Shown here in pieces: positions 39,201 to 48,383 of a DNA stretch of 64,000 nucleotides; the first letter of the stretch is position 1; every line of letters starts with the position of its first letter. This stretch comes from Oculina patagonica. Its lineage: Eukaryota. Location: the NCBI RefSeq assembly GCF_052425735.1, contig NC_135760.1, positions 16,988,001 to 17,052,000 on the forward strand, given 5' to 3'. Position numbers and translations under genes: made by a program. The notes beneath the pieces were generated by a model. That model searched no databases. It had not been told where the DNA came from and worked only from the letters and a program-made list of their open reading frames with translations.

Positions 39201-42200
39201 GGCTGCAATAGCTATTGGCTCTTGCCGAAATCTAATCAACACTCCAACAAGCGGATTTGTCAAATCAGGGCCTTGCAATAATTGCTGATTCAAGGAGGTT
39301 CCACGATATTTCGCACCACAGTCAAATACAACTCTAACCTTCCCTGGCTTCAACGGGTGTGTCACAGGGTGATGTGGCAGGAACCAGACTGGTTTCTCTT
39401 TCAAATTCAGCTCTTCTGTTGGAACTTTCTGGGCATGACCTTTCATTATGTACTCTTGCATTGTGGTACGGTACTTCAGGAGTAGATCTTCATCCTTAAG
39501 GAGTCGCTTCTTTAGAAGTTGTAACCTCTGTTCCGCCACAGGTCTATTGTTTGGTAGTTCTGGGCATCCTTGTCGCCATGGCAATGCAACTTGGAAATGC
39601 TCTCCAACTCTTTGTAGGGATTCCTCCATTTTGTTCAAGGCTAACTTGTCTTCAACTGATGGTGAGACTGTTGTCCCAATCACAGAGTCTCCAAAATCTG
39701 TCTTCCAAAGCCGTTCAAGTTGCTGGTGCAGGGTATCATTGTCAATGTCACAGTCAATTAATTCTTCCTTTTCTTCCTTTAACGGAGGGAGATTTACAAC
39801 AGATCGCTGCTCTAGCCTCTCGATGGGTTCCCTGTGCTCAAAATTGCGAACACTCTCTGACCACATTGCAGTTTCGAATTTCACCCCAGTTTTGTCAATT
39901 GCCTTAGTCGAAGGATTCTCATGCAAACAACATCCGCCCAAATCCATGTCATCCGCAGATGTAACTCGGACAAAGTTCACCGAACAATGTTCATCTTCTT
40001 TGCGTTCACCCATCGGACCTATCACTGTCCACCCCAGGCTGTAACGGATAGCTATTGGCTCGTCGATTGCACCAGCTTTAAACTCTAATGGGAGGAAGAG
40101 ACTAGGCTTTTCTTTAAGACCAATCAACAACAAAACTTCTCTATTTCCAACTTCGGGAATGTCAATGCCTCGTAGGTGAGGCCAGCAAGCAAGATCTTCT
40201 TTCTTTGGAATACAACTTGGAGAGATAGGCATCTGTGCGACTGTCTTTACACTCGGTAACTCCACCACAACTGACTCATCCATAGACATTACAGTCAAGT
40301 CTACCACACGACTCTCCATCTGAGTTGAACCAGTCATTCCAGTCAGCGTAAAGTTAAGCCTTTCTCCTTCCAGCTCAAGTTTGTTAGCTAATCGTTCATG
40401 ACACAATGTCACCTCTGATCCATTATCAAGAAGGGCATATGTCTGAATAATCTCGTTGCCCTTCCCTCGAACCTTAACAGGGATAATTCCCAGACACACT
40501 CTTGTTTCTCCAGCCCCAGTAGCTGCCACAGCAATTCCATTTCCATCACCGGCCCCAGTAACGTCACCTGACCTAGCAGTCCCTTGACTTGGTTGCAAAT
40601 GTTGCTCTGCAATAGCAGCGGTTGCAAAGTTACTGTTTTGACTAGCAGTGTTTCTGTTCATACTGTTAAGGTCTCTTCGAATTCCAGCAGCGGGGCGATG
40701 CATCAGGGTATGGTGACTACCTCCACAACCAGGCCTTTGACACTTGAAATTTACTTTCGGGCACTCCTTGGCAATATGTCCCTTAACTAGACACTTATTA
40801 CACAGTCCACCACTTTGCACAATTTTCCACTTCTCTTCATAGGTGAGGCCTTTGAATTTACCACACTTCCAAACGTCATGCTGCTTTGTGCAAACTTGAC
40901 AAGGCGCGGGGGCATCCACAAATTTCGATCCTCTAGCATTCTCGTTTTGACCATCGCGAGTTGGTCCAGTTCCAGTGGCAAATGCTGACAGGCTTGGGAA
41001 GTTTCCACTTTGATTCATTTTGTTTCTTTTAGGAGGTGTCTCCTTCAAAGTTCCAGTAACCATATCTCGGCCAAACTCGTTGTCCACCAATTTAGCTCTT
41101 TCCTTGACAAATGCTACAAAGTCTTGAAACTTAGGTCTGCGGTCGGCTGCAATAATCCTCCCAGCACACTCGGTCCATCTCCCTCTTAGAAACATTGGCA
41201 ACTTCTTTGCGAGCTCTCGCAAAGTGTTCATGTGATTAAGATCAGACACAAATTCAGCACCTATGCCGCTCAAAGTTCGATCTGCGGTGTCCAAATGTCT
41301 GCTGAGCTCCAACAACGAAGGTCCATCCACACTCTTCATACAAGGCAGATTCAACAACTTCTTAACATGAGCCTCCGCAATCACATGCGGTTTTCCAAAG
41401 TTCTCCCGTAAGGTTTGTTTTGCTACTCGGTAACCATCGTTACGCAGATTTGAACAACTTTCGATAGCTTCCTTTGCCTTTCCTGTGCAGTGTTGTATGA
41501 GAAGTTGTAATCTCCTGGACTCATCCGGATTATCCCTTTCCAAATAGGTTTCAAAATTGTGCATAAAGGTGACGTACTTCAATGGATCACCATCAAACCG
41601 ATGATACTCAACCTTAGGTGAGGAAACTACCTGTCTCAAAGCCTTTACCATCTCTTAACCACTATCGAACTGCTCATTTGCTGGTTCTACTTTCACGACT
41701 GGCGGCACATAGGGTCGAGGCATCTGCCAAGAAGAGGACCAAGTTTCACTAACACGTTGTCCAACTGATGTCTGCCTGGGTTCAATTTTTGGCAAGGAAC
41801 TCCTACTTGTCACAAGGTTGGGAGGTGTACACTGTGGGTTTCGTATAATGGGTGCCGGCGCGGTCGACACATTTCCAGCCAAAGTAGTCAACGCCGGAAT
41901 AGAATCAGTTGGCTCCACAGATCCAGGACAAATTAAATCAACCTGTTCAGTCCTACGGGGTAAGGCTGCTCTCTGATTCGACAGGGTTGAAGTAACTATG
42001 GTTGTATTGTCTAAATGATCATTCACACTGACCTTTGAGCTATCTGGAATTTTACTCCTTTGTGAAGGCTCTAAATAACCCAGGAAGGATTTCTCGCGTG
42101 ATTGTTCCATGCTTTCCTCTTCATAAATCTGAAGAGAGACTGCCGCCCTTTCAGTCTCCATTTCTGCTTCTATTAGCTCCTTCTTCCTTCGAATTGCTTG

Positions 42201-45200
42201 CATTTCCTGTTCAAACTGCTGTCTAATCCCTAACTGTCGTAGATTCAATTGCGCCAGGGCCAATTTCTCCCTTTTTCTAGACACTGTAGACAATCTTGAA
42301 CTCGACGTGGAAACCCCACTTCGTCTGCTCCTTTGCGTTCCGCGAGAAAACTCACTATAGTTATCTCCTCGTTCGGGTTCTCTGTCCTTGTACCATAATC
42401 GTACGGTGAAGTCGAGATTGAGCTTTCGTTGTAGCTGTTCATCGTATGTCTTCTGTGTCTGTTCCAAAACAAGGGTGTCCATAAAAGGATCCAATAATTT
42501 CAGATAACTTTCGTGAGCGTCCACGAATTTACGCCAAGATTCATCAAATCTCGCATATTCCTTCGACACATCTTCACGACTTGCATCGCTTTCGGTAAGG
42601 TGAACAATTTCATTATAAACCTTCGTCAAATTTCCAATATGGGCGGCGCGTGATTTTTGAAGAGCGAGTTTCTTTTCGTTTAAGACGCCTTCCCTGTCTT
42701 GCATAACACTAGCTTGTCTATCCCTTGTGCTTCTCCTTTCTTCCATTCCATTTTGGTCGCTCGTACCATTAGCTGCGGTGTCGAAGAATCCATTCGCTTC
42801 CAGTGGCGATTCAGGTTGTTCGTCTGACATATTCCGTAAACACAACAAATCGTTTCGCCGTTCGCATTCCACACAATCCACCAAATTTCCAATTCCAATA
42901 ATTTCCAAGGCGAAGTAGTCGAAAACTGTTACACAGCCCAAGTGCTATGTAGTGATTCAAAGTCAAATTTAACGTCAAAAACTCAGAACTTTTAATACAT
43001 GATACGATCCAGGTTTCAAGATTACACTCTAACAATCCAGGTTCAGTTCAGGCATACCAACTATAGTTCAGGTTCTCTACAAATACAAATATGAACTAGT
43101 AAACATAGGAAACGAATCGAAGTACATGTAGGTACATTTTGCAAATAATATGACTCTTACCGACTGTTTCGTTAGGTCCAAAATGTTCAACAAGGTAAAG
43201 AAATAAAAACAACATGGCGAATCCAAGCGAGAACAACGCACATGGTTGGTCACGTGATGCAAATTCGTGACGTAATATAGGTCCGCACAACATGCACGCA
43301 ATGGTAGCTACAATAGACACTTTTGGCTTTGCCAGTGTAAATTGTCCATTTCAAATCATATGATGTCCCCAGTGAACTTGCTTTAAACTATCTGAACACC
43401 GAGAGAATTTGTTTGAATTTGAAAGAAGTGATTCTCAAGAGTCACATAGTCTGAAATGGGACAACCAAACGAAGCCCCAAAGGTCTATTCTCAGTTCTTT
43501 GTCTGTAATTTTTAACATACTGACTTGCTTTACGGGAAAGTCCTCGCCTTAGTATGCATTGCATACCAATTATTGTTTATCGTTCTCATGGAAATATCGA
43601 TTGCCTGAGTCTGGGAGGACTGCTGAACGACCATTTGAAAATGTTAGGGATAGTCCAGGAAAAACTGCATCGAGACACCTTAATTGGTGCAATTTTTAGA
43701 ATATGGCTAATTAAAGGTCAAATGAACCGAAATTTCAAAATGCCATTTTACCAACCAAACACTAAAACTAACCATTTTTTTGTAAAATAAATTATTATTT
43801 AGTAAAATAGCTTTCCGAGCCTTAAAGCGCGAATTACAGCAAAAAAAATATTCGAAAGCTTCACAACGTTTCTTGAATTACCGCGCACTGAAATGGAAGG
43901 GATGGAACGAGTTTGTGATGTCATAATTGGTGTTTTTGAAGACGACCGCAGACCGATTCCACTTATGTTCAGGATTGAACGCAAGTATCGTTAAATAAGT
44001 ACTCACGTTTGACTGTGTTATTTGACATCTCAATATTACTTCATATTTGACAGATTTTAGTGTGTTTTGGTGAACTTTTATTAATGAGGACACTTTGTGA
44101 TGCCTGCCGTTAGGAACGTGCATCTCATTAGCGTTTAATCCTGGACATATCTGATCGATTCCGCAGAGCGCACTGGTTGCCAAAGTTCGAGACAAAAGAG
44201 CGATTTCACAAACCTCGATTCTTACATGCTAATGAGAATCGTTAAATGCCAATGAGAAAGCACAATAGAGATTCCTGATTTGTTTTCATACCAGCGTGCA
44301 TACTACCTACGTCTCACGGGATACGCAAATCGACAGCAAACAAAACTTGAACTTTCTTGTGCTATTTTGGAGCTGTCTTGAAGCAAATATAATAAATGTG
44401 ATTTCCAACATCTGTTAATCTACCAGGTTAATGCATCACAATAAGAAAAGAGTAAACAGGAAAAGCGAAGCAGACCTTTAATATAAATAAATAGAAAGGT
44501 TGTCAATTGTTTTGACTGTTTATTTATCGGGGATTTGTACAAGTTCAATTTGCGTCCAGCAGTCGACGGCTTACAGTTAGAGTGTTCGTCAAATCACTGA
44601 AAAACAGTGATGAACAATTCTAGTATAAGTTCCTGAAGGTACAGCAAAACGAAACAAAACAGAACTGAGACACTTATCTCTAATTCAGAATAAATCAACG
44701 ACGGACGTAACAATAGTTCGTATAACTATACGAAACTATGCGAAACTAGACTGTGCGAAACACTAAACTACAATTTTTGAAATATGAAAAATAAATCAGT
44801 GTCGAGGCGTGGCCCTTTAGGCTGCACGGGGGCACACCACATTACCTAAGTTAAGTTCTCGCAGTTTTCTTTGTTAACAAATATTTCTTTCTTTCAGATC
44901 GGTGATTTGAAAAGTCCCAATACCAAAAGATTGGTTGACAAAGCGGAAGAAGCACTTTTGTGTGGCAATCTTGGAAAGGCTTTTCTAAGTTTCGGTGATT
45001 TCAGAAAAGCCATAGACTACTACGAATTGGATCTTAAAATCGCCAAAGAAGTAGGAGACAAGGCCGGCGAAGGAAGTGCCTATGGCAATCTTGGAAATGC
45101 TTTTCTAAGTCTCGGTGATTTCAGAAAAGCCATAGACTACTACGAATTGCATCTTAAAATCGCCAAAGAAGTAGGAGACAAGGCCGGCGAAGGACGTACC

Positions 45201-48200
45201 TATGGTAATCTTGGAATTGCTTTTAGTAATCTCGGTGATTTCAGAAAAGCCATAGACTACTACGAATTGGATCTTAAAATCGCCAAAGAAGTAGGAGACA
45301 AGGCCGGCGAAGGACGTACCTATGGTAATCTTGGAATTGCTTTTAGTAATCTCGGTGATTTCAGAAAAGCCATAGACTACTACGAATTGCATCTTAAAAT
45401 CGCCAAACAAGTAGGAGACAAGGCTGGCGAAGGCAATACCTATGGCAATCTTGGAAATGCTCTTCTAAGTCTCGGTGATTTCATAAAAGCCATAGACTAC
45501 TACGAATTGAATCTTAAAATCGCCAAAGAAGTAGGAGACAAGGCCGGCGAAGGACGTGTCTATGGCAATCTTGGAAATGCTTTTAGTAATCTCGGTGATT
45601 TCAGAAAAGCCATAGACTACTACGAATTGCATCTTAAAATCGCCAAAGAAGTAGGAGACAAGGCCGGCGAAGGACGTGCCTATGGTAATCTTGGAAATGC
45701 TTTTCTAAGTCTCGGTGATTTCAGAAAAGCCATAGACTACTACGAATTGGATCTTAAAATCGCCAAACAAGTAGGAGACAAGGCTGGCGAAGGACGTGTC
45801 TATGGCAATCTTGGAAATGCTCTTCTAAGTCTCGGTGATTTCAGAAAAGCCATAGACTACTACGAATTGCATCTTAAAATCGCCAAAGAAGTAGGAGACA
45901 AGGCCGGCGAAGGAGGTGTCTATGGCAATCTTGGAATTGCTTTTCGTAATCTCGGTGATTTCAGAAAAGCCATAGACTACTACGAATTGGATCTTAAAAT
46001 CGCCAAAGAAGTAGGAGACAAGGCCGGCGAAGGACGTGCCTATGGTAATCTTGGAAATGCTTTTAGTAATCTCAGTGATTTCAGAAAAGCCATAGACTAC
46101 TACGAATTGGATCTTAAAATCGCCAAACAAGTAGGAGACAAGGCTGGCGAAGGCAAAACCTATGGCAATCTTGGAAATGCTCTTCTAAGTCTCGGTGATT
46201 TCAGAAAAGCCATAGACTACTACGAATTGCATCTTAAAATCGCCAAAGAAGTAGGAGACAAGGCCGGCGAAGGAGGTGTCTATGGCAATCTTGGAAATGC
46301 TTTTAGTAATCTCGGTGATTTCAGAAAAGCCATAGACTACTACGAATTGCATCTTAAAATCGCCAAAGAAGTAGGAGACAAGGCCGGCGAAGGACGTGCC
46401 TATGGTAATCTTGGAAATGCTTTTCTAAGTCTCGGTGATTTCAGAAAAGCCATAGACTACTACGAATTGCGTCTTAAAATTGCCAAACAAGTAGGAGACA
46501 AGGCTGGCGAAGGCAATACCTATGGCAATCTTGGAAATGCTCTTCTAAGTCTCGGTGATTTCAGAAAAGCCATAGACTACTACGAATTGCATCTTAAAAT
46601 CGCCAAACAAGTAGGAGACAAGGCTGGCGAAGGCAATACCTATGGCAATCTTGGAAATGCTCTTCTAAGTCTCGGTGATTTCAGAAAAGCCATAGACTAC
46701 TACGAATTGCATCTTAAAATCGCCAAAGAAGTAGGAGACAAGGCCGGCGAAGCAAAGGCTTATGGCAATCTTGGAATTGCTTTTAGTAATTTCGGTGATT
46801 TCAGAAAAGCCATAGACTACTACGAATTGCATCTTAAAATCGCCAAAGAAGTAGGAGACAAGGCCGGTGAAGGAAGTGCCTATGGTAATCTAGGTTTCAG
46901 CTTCGAATCACAAGGTTTCTTATCCAAAGCCTTAGAATATTACGACCGTAGCGTAAGATTATTCAACCATGTGAGAAGCCTTCTTCAAAGTAATGATGAG
47001 TGGAAAATTGGCTATAGAAATGAAGTTGACTATGCATACACTGGTTTATGGAGAGTACTGCTAAAGCAAGGCAATATGGTTGAAGCTTTGCTTGCTGCTG
47101 AGAAAGGACGAGCCCAAGGTCTTACTGATCTTATGTTATTCCAATTTGGCATTAGAGAAAGCCAGTCCGTGTCACAGGAAGAAGACGAAGAGCAATATCT
47201 TCAACTGAAACGCTCTATTCCATCAAGTACAGTTTTTCAGGCATTTGACAGTGCTAAGATTCATCTCTGGGTTCTTTCAAAAGAAGGACCTGTTCGTGTA
47301 AGAGCGAAAGAAATTGGCGAGACCCATTCTGTATTAAATGATGCCACCGCCTTTTTTCAGTCGTTGATAAAAAATGCATTTAGAAAAATTCGCTTTTGCG
47401 CTGAGGTAAGATGCGAAAATCGTTCTTTGGATGCATTAAGAGAAAATCGTCACAAAGCGGATGACAATTCCGACAGGGAAAACTCTCAACCCTTCGACCT
47501 ACAAGAGATTTCTTTGAGCACCTTGTACAATATCTTGTTTCAGCCGATTGCCGATCTGGTTCAAGGTGATGAGCTAATCATTGTCCCACATGGACCACTG
47601 TGGCTAGCTCCTTATGCTGCATTGATGGATGCGGATTCTAAATACCTGTGTGAGTTGTTTAGAATCCGGTTGATTCCTTCGTTGACAAGCTTGAAGCTGA
47701 TTGCCGACTGCCCAGAGGACTACCATAGTAGGAGTGGTGCATTACTTGTGGGCGATCCATGGGTAGAAGAAGTTACCAACAGCAAGGGTGAAAAATTTCT
47801 GGATTCTCTTCCGTTCGCAAGAAAGGAGGTAGAAATGATCGGAAAGATTCTCAACGTGGCGCCTCTGATTGGAAAGAAAGCAACGAAACGCGAAGTGTTA
47901 AAAGGACTCAGTTCAGTTGCTTTAGTTCATATTGCAGCACATGGTCGCATGGAAACTGGTGAAATTGCTCTAACACCGGACTCACAGCAAGCATCTCGAA
48001 TCCCAACGAAGGAAGAAGATTACATTTTGAACATGTCAGATGTTCTGAGTGTTAAAGTGCAAGCGAGACTGGTTGTCCTTAGTTGCTGTCACAGCGGTCG
48101 AGGAGAGATCAAGGCTGAAGGTGTGGTCGGTATTGCACGTGCCTTTATGGGTGCTGGTGCTCGTTCTGTTCTGGTGTCACTATGGGCAATTGATGACGAA

Positions 48201-48383
48201 GCTACGCTGGAGTTTATGAGGAGTTTCTACCATCACCTTGTGGAAGGAAGTAGTGCAAGTGAGTCTCTGAACCTGGCCATGAAACATCTCAGAGAATCAG
48301 ACAAGTACAGTGATGTAAAATACTGGGCCCCTTTTGTACTTATTGGAGATGACGTCACTCTAGACTTTCATCGGAAGAAATGA
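20550..48383 (+). CDS. Copy B, complete spliced gene: 2x TTC4/Cns1-like TPR module + 16x40-aa TPR array + CHAT protease (~1507 aa; automated pipelines would probably call it 'TTC28-like')
   Basis: Phase-compatible exons: join(20550-20640,21076-21237,21856-21933,23188-23255,24161-24253,24723-24834,25372-25533,26480-26557,32013-32080,32592-32717,44898-48383) = 4524 nt, open throughout. ATG is in accATGG context with an in-frame TGA upstream (alternative ATG at 20532). All introns are GT..AG. Confidence 0.85.
20722..20978. mobile_element. Diverged copy of the ~285-bp short-TIR repeat (see 58726-59010)
   Basis: gagcaattttcacttgagtgtcgaaagtaatttgcgtttgctttgg is the reverse complement of the 58960-59010 end. 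Confidence 0.65.
23256..24160 (+). other. U12-type intron, copy B module 1
   Basis: 5' splice site GTATCCTTGAC; branch GTCTTAAC (24144-24151) followed by ccaaagaAG; joins GLA|IDK. Confidence 0.85.
24723..32717 (+). CDS. Copy B exons 6-10: TTC4/Cns1-like three-TPR module 2 (internal duplicate of module 1)
   Basis: Same core exon sizes (162, 78, 68 nt) and phases as module 1. Translation [20 protein letters not shown]...[23 protein letters not shown]...[57 protein letters not shown]. Confidence 0.8.
26691..31398 (-). mobile_element. Full-length Ty3/Gypsy LTR retrotransposon (Mag-like), in an intron of copy B
   Basis: Identical 220-bp TG..CA LTRs at 26691-26910 and 31179-31398. 5-bp TSD GCTTG (26686-26690 / 31399-31403). 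PBS TGGTGGCAGCG (tRNA-Leu-like 3' end) and PPT next to 26910. The empty site is at 808-812 in copy A. Confidence 0.97.
27017..31144 (-). CDS. Gypsy gag-pol polyprotein (1375 aa): Gag zinc knuckles, protease (D->N), RT, RNase H, integrase
   Basis: [17 protein letters not shown] knuckles; FQINCGAS; LPFGL..IADDIL; CDASQKGLG; HHCC plus [13 protein letters not shown] and KAESAVK. Domain order is PR-RT-RH-IN. Confidence 0.95.
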   Translation of the reverse strand: MVTTSSTATTSTTTTATAGTGTAPITHTTMSSPAHGLKPPGKLTTSGNLADAWKSYKQVWENYSLISGLNSQTEDYKVAFFLHCVGTEGLKIYNGFQFENETDKKILNKVLEKFDEFTLGQTNETYERYVFNSRNQEAQESIDAYVTALRNLVKSCNFCECMRDTLIRDRIVLGVRNNTMRKKLLQVRSLTLNKCIDICRSDEATATQLKAISGDDSVHKIRDWRRNFKKDKYPSRDTKNDRNVPPKPPGKSHKKCLFCGGEHPLKKEKCPAWGQKCSGCGGRNHFKSVCKKTKSRGVHGISDQPEDVSSEESDIELLAGVAMDSQESDVNAVRHAKEIYAEMLIDDRKVNFQINCGASINIIPAKHATSHEIQPTTKTLRMWNGSQVKPIGTTRLIMRNPKTRKKYSVEFVVVESNLTPLIGARAAQQMGLITVHDENFIAASPPSKENELQIKQITAEEVIKQYTDVFDRPLGTFPGEVHLEVDDSVKPVITPTRRVPTALKDDLRAELNRYVTQGILAPVEEPTPWVSSLAVATKKSGALRVCIDPRPLNEALKRETYQIPVLDEILPELSQAKIFSTVDLRSGYWHCVLDQESSLLTTFATPFGRYRWCRLPFGLSVSSEIFQKRVNQALEGLSGVLNIADDILVYGVGNSEQEAVADHNRNLQALLKRCRERNIALNRDKLKLKQKEVSFMGHILTSHGVKMDPEKAKAIQEMPKPEDVEGIQRLNGFINYLAKFLPGLADVTEPLRRLTRKDVEWQWTEEQEKSFEEIKRLVTTAPILSYYDPKSELEIQCDASQKGLGAALLQKGKPIAYASRALTDTEERYAQIEKEMLAIVFSLEKFHQYTFGRPVTVRSDHKPLESILKKPLSSAPRRLQGMMMRLQKYNISVHYECGAKMYIADMLSRAYLPEVGREDDKEFELVNMVKALPISDRKIQEIRQETDTDQALLVVKSLILKGWPDDKGDLPLQATPYYSIRDELTVQDGLIFKGERLVIPATLRKEMKNKIHSSHMGIESCLRRARDYIFWPGMSAEIKQLVEACETCRTFENSQQKETLLPHEVPSRPWEKVGTDLFEFKNKSYLVTVDYYSNFWEVDKLPDTKASTVVLKLKNHFARYGCPDTVVSDNGPQFSSKEFATFAQTWEFEHNTISPGNSKANGKAESAVKTAKRLLRKACEAGTDPYLAILDYRNTPTQGVGSSPAQRLMSRRTKTLLPATSKLLKPQASEPSDERAKLVERQNQQKHYFNRTAKDLHPLDKGDTVRMKPLRLGEKKWRKALVIEKRDQRSYTVETADGGVYRRNRVHLRKTQEQPPMIQQHNEPFPLGNPAPSKPAETLPATNPPPEPAETPSPMSLRPARVRRPPERFKDYVCY
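31481..31805. mobile_element. Copy-B-specific MITE-like insertion
   Basis: Absent at copy A ~905; rich in tgtcgc/gcgaca palindromic motifs; ends gtgtgtgccgacct. Confidence 0.5.
32081..32591 (+). other. U12-type intron, copy B module 2
   Basis: 5' splice site GTATCCTTTAC; TTTCTGAAC followed by tcgaaaaAG; joins GLA|IDE. Confidence 0.8.
32277..32530. repeat. Triplicated ~85-bp unit inside the U12 intron
   Basis: aatggac..cagc.gccaactgcaaaccaggc...ttgtcgaagatt occurs three times; copy A has a single unit (~1395-1468). Confidence 0.85.
35600..43312 (-). mobile_element. Full-length BEL/Pao LTR retrotransposon, in an intron of copy B
   Basis: Identical 386-bp LTRs at 35600-35985 and 42927-43312. 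6-bp TSD ATAGAC (35594-35599 / 43313-43318). PPT aggggccgg on the minus strand. Empty sites at ~4447 and ~53292. Confidence 0.97.
36270..42830 (-). pseudogene. BEL/Pao gag-pol, interrupted by an in-frame TAA (41655-41657) and an apparent 7-codon RT deletion
   Basis: ORFs 41655-42941 and 36270-41651 share a frame (GGT TAA GAG ATG). Motifs: triple Cys knuckle, ALLDNGS protease, NMYVDD RT, Pao RNase H (FSDGS..IPRLEL), integrase GVDYFGP/SDCGTNF/WERMIR. The start coordinate is approximate. Confidence 0.85.
44898..48383 (+). CDS. Copy B terminal coding exon: TPR array + CHAT (caspase HetF-associated with TPRs) peptidase domain
   Basis: Acceptor tttctttcag at 44897. The ORF has 16 GNLG...[11 protein letters not shown] units, then the CHAT motifs [24 protein letters not shown] (His 47940-47942), [10 protein letters not shown] (Cys 48087-48089), SLWAIDD and [10 protein letters not shown]. 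Confidence 0.95.
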   Translation: MGDLKSPNTKRLVDKAEEALLCGNLGKAFLSFGDFRKAIDYYELDLKIAKEVGDKAGEGSAYGNLGNAFLSLGDFRKAIDYYELHLKIAKEVGDKAGEGRTYGNLGIAFSNLGDFRKAIDYYELDLKIAKEVGDKAGEGRTYGNLGIAFSNLGDFRKAIDYYELHLKIAKQVGDKAGEGNTYGNLGNALLSLGDFIKAIDYYELNLKIAKEVGDKAGEGRVYGNLGNAFSNLGDFRKAIDYYELHLKIAKEVGDKAGEGRAYGNLGNAFLSLGDFRKAIDYYELDLKIAKQVGDKAGEGRVYGNLGNALLSLGDFRKAIDYYELHLKIAKEVGDKAGEGGVYGNLGIAFRNLGDFRKAIDYYELDLKIAKEVGDKAGEGRAYGNLGNAFSNLSDFRKAIDYYELDLKIAKQVGDKAGEGKTYGNLGNALLSLGDFRKAIDYYELHLKIAKEVGDKAGEGGVYGNLGNAFSNLGDFRKAIDYYELHLKIAKEVGDKAGEGRAYGNLGNAFLSLGDFRKAIDYYELRLKIAKQVGDKAGEGNTYGNLGNALLSLGDFRKAIDYYELHLKIAKQVGDKAGEGNTYGNLGNALLSLGDFRKAIDYYELHLKIAKEVGDKAGEAKAYGNLGIAFSNFGDFRKAIDYYELHLKIAKEVGDKAGEGSAYGNLGFSFESQGFLSKALEYYDRSVRLFNHVRSLLQSNDEWKIGYRNEVDYAYTGLWRVLLKQGNMVEALLAAEKGRAQGLTDLMLFQFGIRESQSVSQEEDEEQYLQLKRSIPSSTVFQAFDSAKIHLWVLSKEGPVRVRAKEIGETHSVLNDATAFFQSLIKNAFRKIRFCAEVRCENRSLDALRENRHKADDNSDRENSQPFDLQEISLSTLYNILFQPIADLVQGDELIIVPHGPLWLAPYAALMDADSKYLCELFRIRLIPSLTSLKLIADCPEDYHSRSGALLVGDPWVEEVTNSKGEKFLDSLPFARKEVEMIGKILNVAPLIGKKATKREVLKGLSSVALVHIAAHGRMETGEIALTPDSQQASRIPTKEEDYILNMSDVLSVKVQARLVVLSCCHSGRGEIKAEGVVGIARAFMGAGARSVLVSLWAIDDEATLEFMRSFYHHLVEGSSASESLNLAMKHLRESDKYSDVKYWAPFVLIGDDVTLDFHRKK
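44964..46883 (+). repeat. Coding tandem repeat, 16 x 120 bp (40-aa TPR)
   Basis: Exact 120-nt periodicity is visible line by line. Confidence 0.95.

Larger units (their letters stand above)
32792..43679. mobile_element. Copy B orthologue of the TTAA TIR element, expanded by the BEL insertion
   Basis: Same TIRs and TTAA flanks (32788-32791, 43680-43683). Confidence 0.75.

Noticed and set aside
44871-44897. ORF-track start 'MLTNISFFQ' of the 1170-aa ORF (and TTG start at 6412)
   Set aside because: 44871-44897 is intronic polypyrimidine tract/acceptor and 6412 is an internal Leu codon; the real exons begin at 44898 and 6403.
45105-46130. Antisense ORFs over the TPR arrays (also 6900-7139)
   Set aside because: By-products of the repeated sense-strand coding sequence.
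20550-48383. Assigning gene symbol TTC28 or TTC4
   Set aside because: The architecture is chimeric and tandemly duplicated, and orthology to either gene cannot be supported from the sequence.
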